64,000 nt of DNA from Paraspadella gotoi. Lineage: Eukaryota > Animalia > Chaetognatha. This document shows positions 14,830 through 27,974 of this stretch, piece by piece (position 1 is the stretch's first letter; each line of letters starts with the position of its first letter). Position numbers and translations under genes: made by a program. The notes beneath the pieces are model-generated. The model saw nothing but the letters and a program-made list of their open reading frames with translations, had not been told where the DNA came from and searched no databases. The stretch lies in NCBI GenBank assembly GCA_051294375.1, contig JBJCIZ010000239.1:6363996-6427995 (forward strand), read 5' to 3'.

Positions 14830-15191
14830 GAAGAGAGAGAGAGAGAAGAGAGAATTTTGGTAATGCCTCCAATATTGTGACAGTTAATACATGAACAATA
14901 ACATTTGTTACACTGCGGTACATACATTCATAAATGAAATTGGTACAACCAATATAAAAATTATCCATTCATTTAATAAATAAGCTATCTTTCCCCTGAC
15001 TTTGGACAGGCTTTGGTGTCTCTTTCGAGACTCTCCGGTTTGGATAAAAAATTTTAAAAAATTATTAAAAACCAAAATTGATAGCATGAATTTTTTAAAG
15101 AAATTTTTATACAGTTATATCAGTTTTTAAAGTAAATTAGTGATTTCGGTTTATCTTACAATATTCATACGTTTTTTACATTTACTTTTCT

Positions 15192-15255
<64 letters not shown>

Positions 15256-15268
15256 TCTTTCTCTCTCT

Positions 15269-15300
<32 letters not shown>

Positions 15301-15382
15301 TCTCACTCACTTTCTGATAACAATTCAGAATAAATAACATGTTAAATTACGTTTTGTTAACTCTTTTTACATTTACTTTGCT

Positions 15383-15453
<71 letters not shown>

Positions 15454-16008
15454 ACTTTCTAATAAACAATGAAGAATAAATAATATGTTAAATTACGTTT
15501 TTGTTAACTCTTTCCCCTTAACAAGACAAATTAAAAGGTAGAATCGCGAAAACTTTTGTTTTTAATCTTCGTTCACAAAAATAGTTCGTGCAGTTGGCAC
15601 GAAAAATTGAACAGCGGCGCTGTTCACTTGCCGGATCTGAGAAAAAATAATTGAACATCCATTTACTAAGTTACTGTATCTCTGTTATCTGGTTTGTGTT
15701 TTTGTAAAACCACTGTGGCCCATGGTCCTCGGACCCGCTTTATGAATAAAGACAATACAATACAATACAATACAATGATAATTTTCATAATTAATTGTTC
15801 ATTCGTTCATTTAAAATTGGCTCATTTTTTATTGAGAATGTAATCTATTATCTAATCTTAATTTCTGTCAGAAATAGGAAATTGTATAATCTTTGAATTG
15901 TTTAAAGATTTTAAATTGTTTAATCTTTTAATGATTTCAACAATTTGTGAGCAAAACATGACAGAGAGAGCTGAAAGAGAGAGAGAGAGAGAGAGAGAGA
16001 GATTAACA

Positions 16009-16226
16009 TTAAGTTCCTCCCCCACTCCTCACTTCCCCCACGACGGAGATCAACGCCTCCGGCTTCAGCTCAATGACGGGATCGTCCCCCAACGCTGCGC
16101 CGTCGTGCAGAAGCGTCAGGGAGGCGGCGCGGGCGTTCCTGATACCCACGCCCTCTCCAAGATGGCGTCCTAGATAGAGGGCGGCGCCGCTGGTGGCGCT
16201 ACAGTCGAGACTTCCCCGGTTGACTG
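16009..16226 (-). CDS. Terminal exon resembling the GH38 Golgi alpha-mannosidase II (MAN2A-like) C-terminus
   Basis: tctttag acceptor; LDCSATSG..L..IRNARAASLTLLHDG..VIELKPEALISV..* resembles the recalled MAN2A C-terminal pattern C.TT.G..SL(S/T)L(M/L)H..I.L.PMEI; no upstream exons seen. Confidence 0.55.
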
Positions 16227-17471
16227 CTAAAGACAATCGAAAGACGGTGTGAAAAAATAAAAGAAAATCAATTAAAATTAAATTTTATTGCATCAATTAA
16301 TAAAATAATAAAATCTAAAAATGTATAATGGTAAAACAAGCATCATTGAAACTTTGAAAAATAGGTAAATCATGAAATCTATGTACCAGATACACAAACG
16401 GATGGAACAAAACATAACTTTTTTGCTCAAATTTTAAATCTTATTGATGAATAGCGTTGTTCCTTTTGATGCCAAAACAAATGAGAATTTGATACTACTC
16501 GGATTTAAATTGGGAGTGAAATGAAAAGAGTTGTTAAAGGACTGAATGTGATTAATGTTTTTTTCATTTCATATTTGTTAGAAAATTTACTGACGTTTAT
16601 GTTCCTATTTAGCAAATTTATAATATTTTACATCATAACACTTGGGGCGCTTGCCTTCCAGCAGCTTTTTTGCAACAAGTTGATAGTTCTTTTTTAAACT
16701 CATTGTGAAAAAAATTAAGTTGACTATTTTAATTTCTTTTACATTCATTAGATAATATAATTTTTTGGGAGCATGTAAAAAAATTCTAATTAATATATTT
16801 CAAGGCAATCGGCCTTTTCAGATCCTTGTTTTTTTCTAATTTTTTTTAAACGTTGAAATTTTTATTTTCTATAAGTTTTAACTAAAAAAACTATAAAATA
16901 AAAAATATAAGATGAACCAAAATTTTTCAACATTTCATTTTTTTTTTTATACAAAAATATATCTTATAACAGGAGGGTCCTTTTCAAATGCAAAAAAATT
17001 CTTTTTTTGAAATTGGACCAAGCCATTGATGCGTACATAACTAAGAAAGTAAGCAAGCTGGACGACTGGGAGTTTTTACCCGGGTGCAAAATATGAAGTT
17101 GCTATAATAAATTATTTATCCACAGTATTTGATATTTTCATTTCGCTCCCATTTTAAATCCGCGTCGTCAGTCTCAACCTAATCCTGATTTTAAGGTTTA
17201 ACATTAAGATTCAGGATTAAGTTTAAAATTAAAATTAAAATCAACAAAAATCGGGCGCCTTTTGCCAAATAGTGCTTTTCCTCATTCTCCATCCTTTTCT
17301 TCTCCGTTCTTTCACTTTCCATTTTCCTCCTATTCTCCCTCACTCTTTTCCTACTTCTCTTGTCTCCTCCTCTCGCTCTATTTTTATCTCTTTCTCCTCT
17401 TTCTTCCTCCTCCTCCTCTTCTCTTTTTAGAAACAGTAGCCAGGATAGAGGCTCCCCCTACCGCCAGGACC

Positions 17472-17554
<83 letters not shown>

Positions 17555-18523
17555 TAAAAACCACAAATAAATATGATCATTTATCTATGTAAAATATTAA
17601 TATTAAACCTTCAAGGCAATAGAACAACAATTTTTCAAAGCTCAATCAGAAAACGACAATATGCAAATGAGATTGAGGAAGTCTCTCTTCTTCCTTCTTT
17701 TTTCTCAGTCTCTTCTTCNNNNNNNNNNNNNNNNNNNNNNNNNNNNNNNNNNNNNNNNNNNNNNNNNNNNNNNNNNNNNNNNNNNNNNNNNNNNNNNNNN
17801 NNNNNNNNNNNNNNNNNNNNNNNNNNNNNNNNNNNNNNNNNNNNNNNNNNNNNNNNNNNNNNNNNNNNNNNNNNNNNNNNNNNNNNNNNNNNNNNNNNNN
17901 NNNNNNNNNNNNNNNNNNNNNNNNNNNNNNNNNNNNNNNNNNNNNNNNNNNNNNNNNNNNNNNNNNNNNNNNNNNNNNNNNNNNNNNNNNNNNNNNNNNN
18001 NNNNNNNNNNNNNNNNNNNNNNNNNNNNNNNNNNNNNNNNNNNNNNNNNNNNNNNNNNNNNNNNNNNNNNNNNNNNNNNNNNNNNNNNNNNNNNNNNNNN
18101 NNNNNNNNNNNNNNNNNNNNNNNNNNNNNNNNNNNNNNNNNNNNNNNNNNNNNNNNNNNNNNNNNNNNNNNNNNNNNNNNNNNNNNNNNNNAAAAAAAAA
18201 CAACAACAAATTCCGACATTTTTCTTTCTTTTTTTTTGTCGGCGCGAAATTCGAAACTCGAAGAATCCCAAGGACGTAAACAAATAAACATTAAAAAGAA
18301 ACAAAAGAAACAAAAAAAACAAAAGACTCTCGTTCCAGATTTCAGTTGTTTTTTTTTTTATCCGTTGCTTATCGCCGAATTTTACAATACATTACAAAAC
18401 ATTACAATAGATTTATTGCTAAAGGAAAATTTATTTGGTTTTCTTGTCTAAATTTAAACGAAACGAATTGATTAAAAAAAACAAAACAAATAAAAACTAG
18501 CGTCGATGGTGATACTAGGTGCA

Positions 18524-18655
18524 TAATGTATATATATTGTATATATATAGCTAGATATTTTTTTTAAAAATCTAAACAAAATCTTTATTTTCAATTTCTC
18601 ATTCAACCTCACGGCGATGAATTTTATCTCATTCGAGATCAATCAGCGAAATTGG

Positions 18656-18688
<33 letters not shown>

Positions 18689-19348
18689 ACGACAACTAAA
18701 TCCGACAACAATAAAATATTGACGATCTAAAATTATTGCAATAAAATTTAGATGCTTCATTTACTTTATTTCATAATCTATTTTTTTGATTGGACAATGT
18801 ACTTTAAGATACATATATTTTTTTTTGATTCTTTCTATAAGTATAATAAAAGAGAGACTGTTTTATGAAAAGTACAAATTTAAAAAAACTAAAGCTTCCT
18901 CTCTCTCTCTCTATCTCTCTCTTTCTCTCTCTCTCTCTNNNNNNNNNNNNNNNNNNNNNNNNNTAATGTATATATATTGTATATATATAAGCTAGATATT
19001 TTTTTTTAAAAATCTAAAACAAAATCTTTTATTTTCAATTTCTCATTCAACCCACGGCGATGAATTTTATCTCATTCGAGATCAATCAGCGAAATTGGGA
19101 AAAGACAACGACGAACGACGACGACGACGACGACGAGACAACTAAATCAAGCAACAATAAAATATTGAGGATCTAAAATTTTGCAATAAAATTTAAGATG
19201 CTTCATTTACTTTATTTCATAATCTATTTTTTTTGATTGGACAATGTACTTTAAGATACATATATTATTTTTTTGATGTCTTTCTATAAGTATAATAAAA
19301 GAGAGACTGTTTTATGAAAAGTACAAATTTAAAAAAACTAAAGCTTCC

Positions 19349-19400
<52 letters not shown>
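18524..19400. repeat. Direct duplication of about 415 bp across a 25-N gap, probable assembly artefact
   Basis: 18524-18938 is repeated from 18964 with indels. Confidence 0.88.
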
Positions 19401-19417
<17 letters not shown>

Positions 19418-20048
19418 TTTTTTTTACATTTTCGACGTAAAATAATCAAGGAACGAATCGCCAACCGAATTTCAAAACAATTTTTTTAATTTTTTTTTTT
19501 TTATTTTGATGTAGAGATATTTTTGATAAAAGAAAAACGAGAACAGTGAAAGGATAAAAAAGTAATACAATTTATAATATATAATAATATAATAATAATA
19601 TACATTATACAAATGTATAATAAAATTATCACACCAAAAGGAGTTTTCAAATTTTTTTGAATATATAGTCAGACGTTTGCGTTATATATATTTTCTCTCT
19701 TTCTATCCCATTTTCTAAAATTCTCTGCAGTCCATCATTTTTTACGTCGTCGTCTTACATGAAAATTACAGTAATAAATTAACTATTTTTTTCGCGAAAT
19801 ACGATTTTTTATATATTTTTTTACGAAATACATTTTTTTAAATGTTATTTTTTGGGTCTGTAAACTGCAGACATGTCATATAACTTTGGAGATTTTTAAT
19901 TGTTAGTAAGCTATGAAAATTTTATTTTGACCGCCAAATAAAACACCCGTTTTTATCTTATCATCACAAAGAATTCCCTCATTATATCATTATATCTTTT
20001 TTTCAACCTTCCTCCTGATTTTTTATACGTACGCATCTCAGATAGTTA

Positions 20049-20083
<35 letters not shown>

Positions 20084-20358
20084 GACCACCCTGTATTCCC
20101 TCACCGGTTTACCTTCTACAGATTCGCCCAGCATTTGATGTAAGCGATTTGAGAAAAAACAAAAACGACCGGCAGTCTTCTCTTCGGTCCTTAATTACAT
20201 TTTTTTTTCGCCCTCAAAAGATTCTGGCCATATTTTCCAAAGGCGCCCCATTTCAGCTGATACTTTAGGAATTAGGGTTAAGATAGGATTAGGGTTGCAG
20301 GGTTAGAGATTTGGTTTAGGATTAGGGTTTACGGTTAGGGGATAAGGTTTGGCATTTT

Positions 20359-21518
20359 TGGTTCGGGATAAGAGTTAAAACTTAAGTTGAATATTTGATA
20401 GGGATTAATTCAGCTAAAAATTACGCTCAAGGATTAGGGGCCGAAATTCGTTCGTGCTAACTTTTGCAATTATTTTTTTCTCCGTTTGTTTTGTAAAAAA
20501 ATACAAGTATTTTAATTAAACATCTTGTAGTGAAGTCATAACAACCGTTGACTGAAAATCAGATCTGAATTGGTGCGATGGGCTTCGTGCCCCGAATGGT
20601 CCCGGGTTCTAGTCTTCATAAGTCATTCTTTACGTAAAAGCGACGCGCCGCTTAAATAATTGGTTATTACCGGAGCCGGAAACCAAAGAGGCAAAGTAGA
20701 AAACAAGATCGGTTCATCCAATTTGTTACGCCACAGTGATTTTCTTAGTTGTGCATTGGAGTTTTGTCTTTTATTCTTTATAGTTTTAGGATTTCCTGAA
20801 GGCGGCGCGAGCACTGTTTTTTCCTTTCTTAACAAATGAGCAGCCAACTATAGGCAAGTTATAATCATTTTTAACATAAATGGGACAGACCGACGGACAG
20901 ACATACCGACCGACCGACAGCCAGACCGACAGACCGACCAAAAACCCTTCCTGACCCACAAAGTGTTGGGTCGATCAACAACGTCAGCGGGCATTGGCTG
21001 CCCCCTTTTTTTCTCTCAAACACTTTTATCTTTCCTTTTCCAGTAGCTTTTTTGTTTTATGTACAAATTGTATATATATAGTTTTATTTTTTTTTATTAA
21101 TAGTCACGAACCACACTTAAAAGGCCGGTTTTTCCTTCCCCGCCTTCCCCCCCCAAATCCTTCTGTACTTCTGTAAGTTTCAAACTCGTGCTGTCACGTG
21201 ACCGCCGGGGTGATTCGATCACGTGAGCGGAAACGTCATTGCAGCGTAACTCGTGAAAAATATTTGGTATATAACCTTAAAATTTAGAAACCTTTTTAAG
21301 CGACGCTTATTTTTAAATTTATTTTTGTTATTTAAAAAAAGATTATTTAAAAAAAAACAATTTTTACTTAGACTGTATGTACAAAGGCCTTTTTTACTAT
21401 AAGACAAGTCGAGTCTTTTTGATTTTTTAAATTTAAATTTATATCTTTTAACGTTAGTATTTTTTTGGTGTCGTTTTTTTTTTCGGCAAAGAGGGGGGCA
21501 AGAGAGAGAGAGAGTGAT

Positions 21519-21603
<85 letters not shown>

Positions 21604-22202
21604 GAGAAGAGAGAGAGAGAGAGAGAGTTACAAGAAGAAGTTAAGAAGTTAAGTTCGAACGAATTTGTTTCGGATTCTCTCGAGTTTTACATTTTTTTTC
21701 CGTCACCCCCCTCCGCCCCCCCCTTTCCCCCTTGTACCCGCTCTTCTCCTCTTCCTCCTCCCTAAGACTTTTCACTCTAAACCCTTTTCCCTCCCCCGCT
21801 CCCCCTTCTCTCTCTTTTGTTCTCTCCCACTCTCTCTCTCTCTCTCTCCCTGCTCCCGTTTTAAAAACTCAAAAGAAAATAAACCAAAAAAAACATTTCA
21901 AGTTAACACGTAAGGATTTTTTTTTCTCTCACACACTTTATCTCTCTGTCTCTGTCACACTCTGTCGCTCTTTCTATACATCTCTCTCTCTCTATCTCAA
22001 GTATCAATGAAATGTCTTATGGAAACGGTAGGAATGTCGTAGGGGCTGCGGACCCTCAGTGACCGCCAGGACGCACCCGGGACGCACGCTTGTAACGAGA
22101 CGTTTTGCCTGCTCAGCCATTGAGACGAGGCTGAGGACGGAAAACCGATATCATTTTCAAGTTCGAACCGTATGTTTTGAAACCTATCTATTTCTCGCTA
22201 TC

Positions 22203-22239
<37 letters not shown>

Positions 22240-23419
22240 NNNNNNNNNNNNNNNNNNNNNNNNNTGGTTCGGGATAAGAGTTAAAACTTAAGTTGAATAT
22301 TTGATAGGATTAATTCAGCTAAAAATTACGCTCAAGGATTAGGGGCCGAAATTCGTTCGTGCTAACTTTTGCAATTATTTTTTTCTCCGTTTGTTTTGTA
22401 AAAAAATACAAGTATTTTAATTAAACATCTTGTAGTGAAGTCATAACAACCGTTGACTGAAAATCAGATCTGAATTGGTGCGATGGGCTTCGTGCCCGAA
22501 TGGTCCGGGTTCTAGTCTTCATAAGTCATTCTTTACGTAAAAGCGACGCGCCGCTTAAATAATTGGTTATTACCGGAGCCGGAAACCAAAGAGGCAAAGT
22601 AGAAAACAAGATCGGTTCATCCAATTTGTTCGCCACAGTGATTTTCTAGTTGTGATTGGAGTTTTGTTTTTATTCTTTATAGTTTTAGGATTTCCTGAGG
22701 CGGCGCGAGCACTGTTTTTTCCTTTCTTAACAAATGAGCAGCCAACTATAGGCAAGTTATAATCATTTTTAACATAAATGGGACAGACCGACGGACAGAC
22801 ATACCGACCGACCGACAGCCAGACCGACAGACCGACCAAAAACCCTTCCTGACCCACAAAGTGTTGGGTCGATCAACAACGTCAGCGGGCATTGGCTGCC
22901 CCCTTTTTTTCTCTCAAACACTTTTATCTTTCCTTTTCCAGTAGCTTTTTTGTTTTATGTACAAATTGTATATATATAGTTTTATTTTTTTTTATTAATA
23001 GTCACGAACCACACTTAAAAGGCCGGTTTTTCCTTCCCCGCCTTCCCCCCCCAAATCCTTCTGTACTTCTGTAAGTTTCAAACTCGTGCTGTCACGTGAC
23101 CGCCGGGGTGATTCGATCACGTGAGCGGAAACGTCATTGCAGCGTAACTCGTGAAAAATATTGGTATATAACCTTAAAATTTAGAAACCTTTTTAAGCGA
23201 CGCTTATTTTTAAATTTATTTTTGTTATTTAAAAAAAGATTATTTAAAAAAAAACAATTTTTACTTAGACTGTATGTACAAAGGCCTTTTTTACTATAAG
23301 ACAAGTCGAGTCTTTTTGATTTTTAAATTTAATTTAAATTTATATCTTTTAACGTTAGTATTTTTTTGGTGTCGTTTTTTTTTTCGGCAAAGAGGGGGGC
23401 AAGAGAGAGAGAGAGTGAT

Positions 23420-23504
<85 letters not shown>

Positions 23505-24100
23505 GAGAAGAGAGAGAGAGAGAGAGAGTTACAAGAAGAAGTTAAGAAGTTAAGTTCGAACGAATTTGTTTCGGATTCTCTCGAGTTTTACATTTTTTTT
23601 CCGTCACCCCCCTCCGCCCCCCCCTTTCCCCCTTGTACCCGCTCTTCTCCTCTTCCTCCTCCCTAAGACTTTTCACTCTAAACCCTTTTCCCTCCCCCGC
23701 TCCCCCTTCTCTCTCTTTTGTTCTCTCCCACTCTCTCTCTCTCTCTCTCCCTGCTCCCGTTTTAAAACTCAAAAGAAAATAAACCAAAAAAAACATTTCA
23801 AGTTAACACGTAAGGATTTTTTTTTCTCTCACACACTTTATCTCTCTGTCTCTGTCACACTCTGTCGCTCTTTCTATACATCTCTCTCTCTCTATCTCAA
23901 GTATCAATGAAATGTCTTATGGAAACGTAGGAATGTCGTAGGGGCTGCGGACCCTCAGTGACCGCCAGGACGCACCGGGACGCACGCTTGTAACGAGACG
24001 TTTTGCCTGCTCAGCCATTGAGACGAGGCTGAGGACGGAAAACCGATATCATTTTCAAGTTCGAACCGTATGTTTTGAAACCTATCTATTTCTCGCTATC

Positions 24101-24120
<20 letters not shown>
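20359..24120. repeat. 1.9-kb direct duplication (20359-22239 / 22265-24120) across a 25-N gap, probable assembly artefact
   Basis: Near-identical copies differing mostly by small indels and abutting the gap. Confidence 0.9.
21193..21226. promoter_or_regulatory. Paired palindromic E-box/CLEAR-type motifs (also in the duplicate, about 23091-23124)
   Basis: GTCACGTGAC at 21193-21202 and TCACGTGA at 21219-21226 in a small CpG-rich island. Confidence 0.4.
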
Positions 24121-24193
<73 letters not shown>

Positions 24194-25726
24194 CTCTCTC
24201 TCCCTCTTTCTCTCTCTCTTTTTCACCCCTCTCTCACACTCTTTTCACCCCTCTCTCTCTCTCCCTCCACCCCCAAGCCCCCGCCTCATTATCTTAATTC
24301 TTTCCTTCCTCTTCCTGTTTCTTCTCATCTCTTTCTTTCCGTTTCTTTCTTTCTTTCTTTCCGTTTCTTTCTTCTCATCCCTTTCTTTCCGTTTCTACTT
24401 TAGAGATGCTCCCCCCCACAGGAAAGAATTTTCTTTGTGAGGCCTTTCGCTCACAACAACTGTTTTCTAACTTTTAAAAAATAAGTCTTCATTTCTCGGC
24501 ACTATTTTCTCAAATTTCCAAATTTCTGTTCTAAATCCCGGAAACCTAATTTTAATCATATTAAATTTTTAATTTAATTCTAGCTTAATCCCTAACCTTA
24601 GTATCTAACCGGAACCTAATAGGCTAATACCTAATCCATAATCCATAAACTTAATCTCAAACCAAACCCTTTTTTTTAACCTTTTGTATTTAAATATTAA
24701 AAAAATAGTTAATTTTGAATTTTAGCTGAAATGCGGCGCTTTGAAAAAATGAGTTAAAAAAGTCTGGATCCCTTTTTCGCTCAAGATACAAATTCTCCAA
24801 AAATGTTTTTCACTGTGTGAATTTCTCATTTATCAATCCGACGCGATTTATTTTTTTCATTCCACTCTACGAGCTAATATAATTCAAATTTTACTAGAAA
24901 TAGCATTAATCGAATTCGTAATCAGTATCCATAATATTTTAATACAAGCAATTTAAAAAAAAAACAATCCCATTGTATTCAGACAATTCTTAAACGTTCC
25001 CATCGGATTCAACCAAATTCGTCCATCAGATTCTCTTAACCACAAATTCTTCCCAACAGATTCCAACAGATTCCAATATGGAACAGCGAACGCGATGGAA
25101 AATCAAACGCGATCAACCAATGAACGCGATCGAATGCGATTGGTTTGCCTTTTGTATTTATTCTTAAATTTTTTATAAAGCTCTCTCTCTCTTTTTCACT
25201 CTCAATCTTTTTCTCCTTACCCTAATGTATTAAAATCGCTTTTATTGTTTATTCTCCAAAAATAATAGTGAGCATATAATAAACATTTTATTACAAATTT
25301 ACAATGTTAGCCCTATTAGGCATATTTGCTGCTGTCCAAAGTTTTTAATTTACTTTAAGTTAATTTAATTTAAGTTTTTAATTTAATTCTATTCTCTTAT
25401 TTAAAAAATTATGTCACATTTCTTAGAATTGCGCTTCCACCAAATGATGCCTTTTTAAAACGGATCGGTACACATCAAAACGAATAACTCAATGGAAACT
25501 CAAAATATAAAAACGTTGAAACGCATATAAAGCCTGAGATGACGCCAATTAAACTTTTGTTCCTCGTGTTTACCCATTCTGAATGGACGCCTGTTACATT
25601 CAACCGGGAGTAAAATGGTTCCCTTTTTCTTGGTGACCTGGTCGACATTTTATAACGGCAAATGATAATTAACATTTTATAACGGCAAATGATAATTAAC
25701 ACCGACAAATAATAATCCTCGTGAGG

Positions 25727-25819
25727 ATGTCGTCCGCTAGCGGTTTCGTCTTCTTCGTCTCTGCCATTGTCGTCTTAATTATGGACTTTTCCATTAGTCA
25801 TCGCATTGCCATCTCTCAG
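25727..25819 (+). CDS. ADAMTS3: ADAMTS exon 1 (signal peptide)
   Basis: [31 protein letters not shown], hydrophobic core, CAG|GTAAAA donor, phase 0. Confidence 0.7.
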
Positions 25820-27912
25820 GTAAAAGGAGAGAGAGAGGGAGAGAGATCAACAGCTAGCTAGTCTAGGGGACTGACCAACTAAACAGAGATACAAATGAAA
25901 AGACATTTCAAAAGTGTGTCTTTTTGTGAGAGAATAAGATTGTTATACTGGTAAAATAAAATTGTGTTAATTTAAAAAAAGTATTGATTACCATTATATA
26001 TGAGGCTGAATTGACCGAGGGGAGAGAGGGTAGCCATGCCATAGCCATGCCATAGACATAGCCCATACACTTAGTGAGATAGGTTGGTAGGTTTGCTACC
26101 GGTGGTTTAACGGGCCCGTCACTCTTTTTGCAAGGACTTTTCCGACTGGGGGTAGAACCCGTGACCAATGTCCATTGGGTTCGAAGAAGAAGCGTTAGGC
26201 CAGTGCGTAACTATGGGGCCGATGGAAGGAACTGTCGTATCCAATTGGTAGTGATATTACATCACTACAATGCCATTAATTAAACAAATAAATTAATATC
26301 AGCATTAAGCAGGATTTACAAGAGCATTTCTTTTAATTTTTTCACTATTTAGTATTTATGTAATGTTTTTTCAACAATTCATACTAACTCTTTTTTTATT
26401 TAGGTTTCTACATTTGAAGTGAACTCGTTTAATTCATCTCAAGGCAAGTTATACAAAATATTAATTTTAAATTTAAAGATGAAACGGTTTAATAAAATTG
26501 AAAAAAATAGATTTATATTTTATATATTTATTTATTAAAACAAATAATCATTTTTTATTAGTATTTTATTAGATTTAACTTATTTGAACTGATATCACCT
26601 TTTAACTCGTGACATTTTACTTTCGGTTTCGATCTACTTATTAGTTATATATATAGTTATATATATGTGCAGTCGGGCATTGCATAATTTCACCTCGCCC
26701 ATAAGCCCTGGCCTATAAGCATGCCCTTAAGCATGATACCTTCAGTCGTGACCCGGTGGCTCATTGAGTAAAGCCATCAGCTCATGACCACTGGGTACCG
26801 GGTTCAATCCCAACCCGGTACCTACCCTCCGAGAAGCGTGAGGACGGCCGTAGACATCCTCGGGGGCGTGGAAAACCCTCGAGCCTGGTTCCAAGCCCAA
26901 TTTTAAATTGTTTTCTATTCTTGTCCCAGGTTCTGAAAATGAGACGATGATGACGACGACGGCGATATTACGTATCGGGTCCGATTTAACGTTCGACGTC
27001 GGAGACGATCTCAACTGTGACGTCAATGACGAGGAACTTAACATAAAGAATAACATCACTGACGACGTCCTGGAAGGCGTGAATGGCTTGACGCTCTCTC
27101 TCCGACTAGAGACAATTTCCCAACCACATAGATTTCTTATCGCGTAAGGATTTCTTTTTAGTTGCGCCGCGAGTACTCGCCGAGCAACTCTATAAGTCAC
27201 TTTTCGGTCGGTCTGTCGGACGGTCCGTCGGTCGGTATGTCTGTCCGTCGGTCTGTCCTACTCACGTTAAAAAGCATATGATTAGCATATGATTTGGTTC
27301 CTCTTTTGTCAAGACAGAAAAAAAACCCAAATCTAGGGGATTGCTTGCGCAAAAAATATAATTACAACTTTTTAACAAAATTCTCACATTTTCTTGGTTA
27401 AAATATAAAATATAAAAAAGAATTATACTTTGCGTAGATAACTTTTTGCTCCGTCGCTACCAAAATCTGACCTTAAAAATAAAAAAAAATCTATAAGAAA
27501 TTTTTAGTCTTCTTTATCTATAAATAAATATTTAAAAAATTAATATATGAGTATATAGCATATAAATAAAAATTATTTCGTGTATTAAATTTTTTTTTAA
27601 ATGTACAAATTTTAGTTTGAGCAGGTGCTCAAATTCAAATTGTTGATCTCCCTTACCCATATTTTTGGTATTATTCATTTTATGTACACCTAAAATCAGA
27701 TCATCCTCTTCATTTACAATCAGTAATATCAATTTTTTAAATACTTTTCCTCTCTTCTTTCCAAACATTCTATGACTCTTATTATTATTATTATTATCGA
27801 TCCATTCGTCATCGAGCATAAAACATCCCACGAAGAAACGAAGCATCTGTAATTCGAGACAGAAAATTAAAATGTTTTCAAGTAAAGAAATCATCGAATG
27901 AAATAGAAAAAC

Positions 27913-27974
<62 letters not shown>

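Noticed and set aside
15172-15510. Tandem duplication of about 190 bp around (CT)n
   Set aside because: It is non-coding and microsatellite-anchored, so likely slippage or assembly redundancy.
17573-18451. ORFs of about 190-290 aa
   Set aside because: They only run through the 473-N gap.
20359-24120. Segmental duplication as a biological event
   Set aside because: The copies abut a 25-N placeholder gap and differ mainly by indels, as at 18524-19400; this is typical of unmerged contig overlap.
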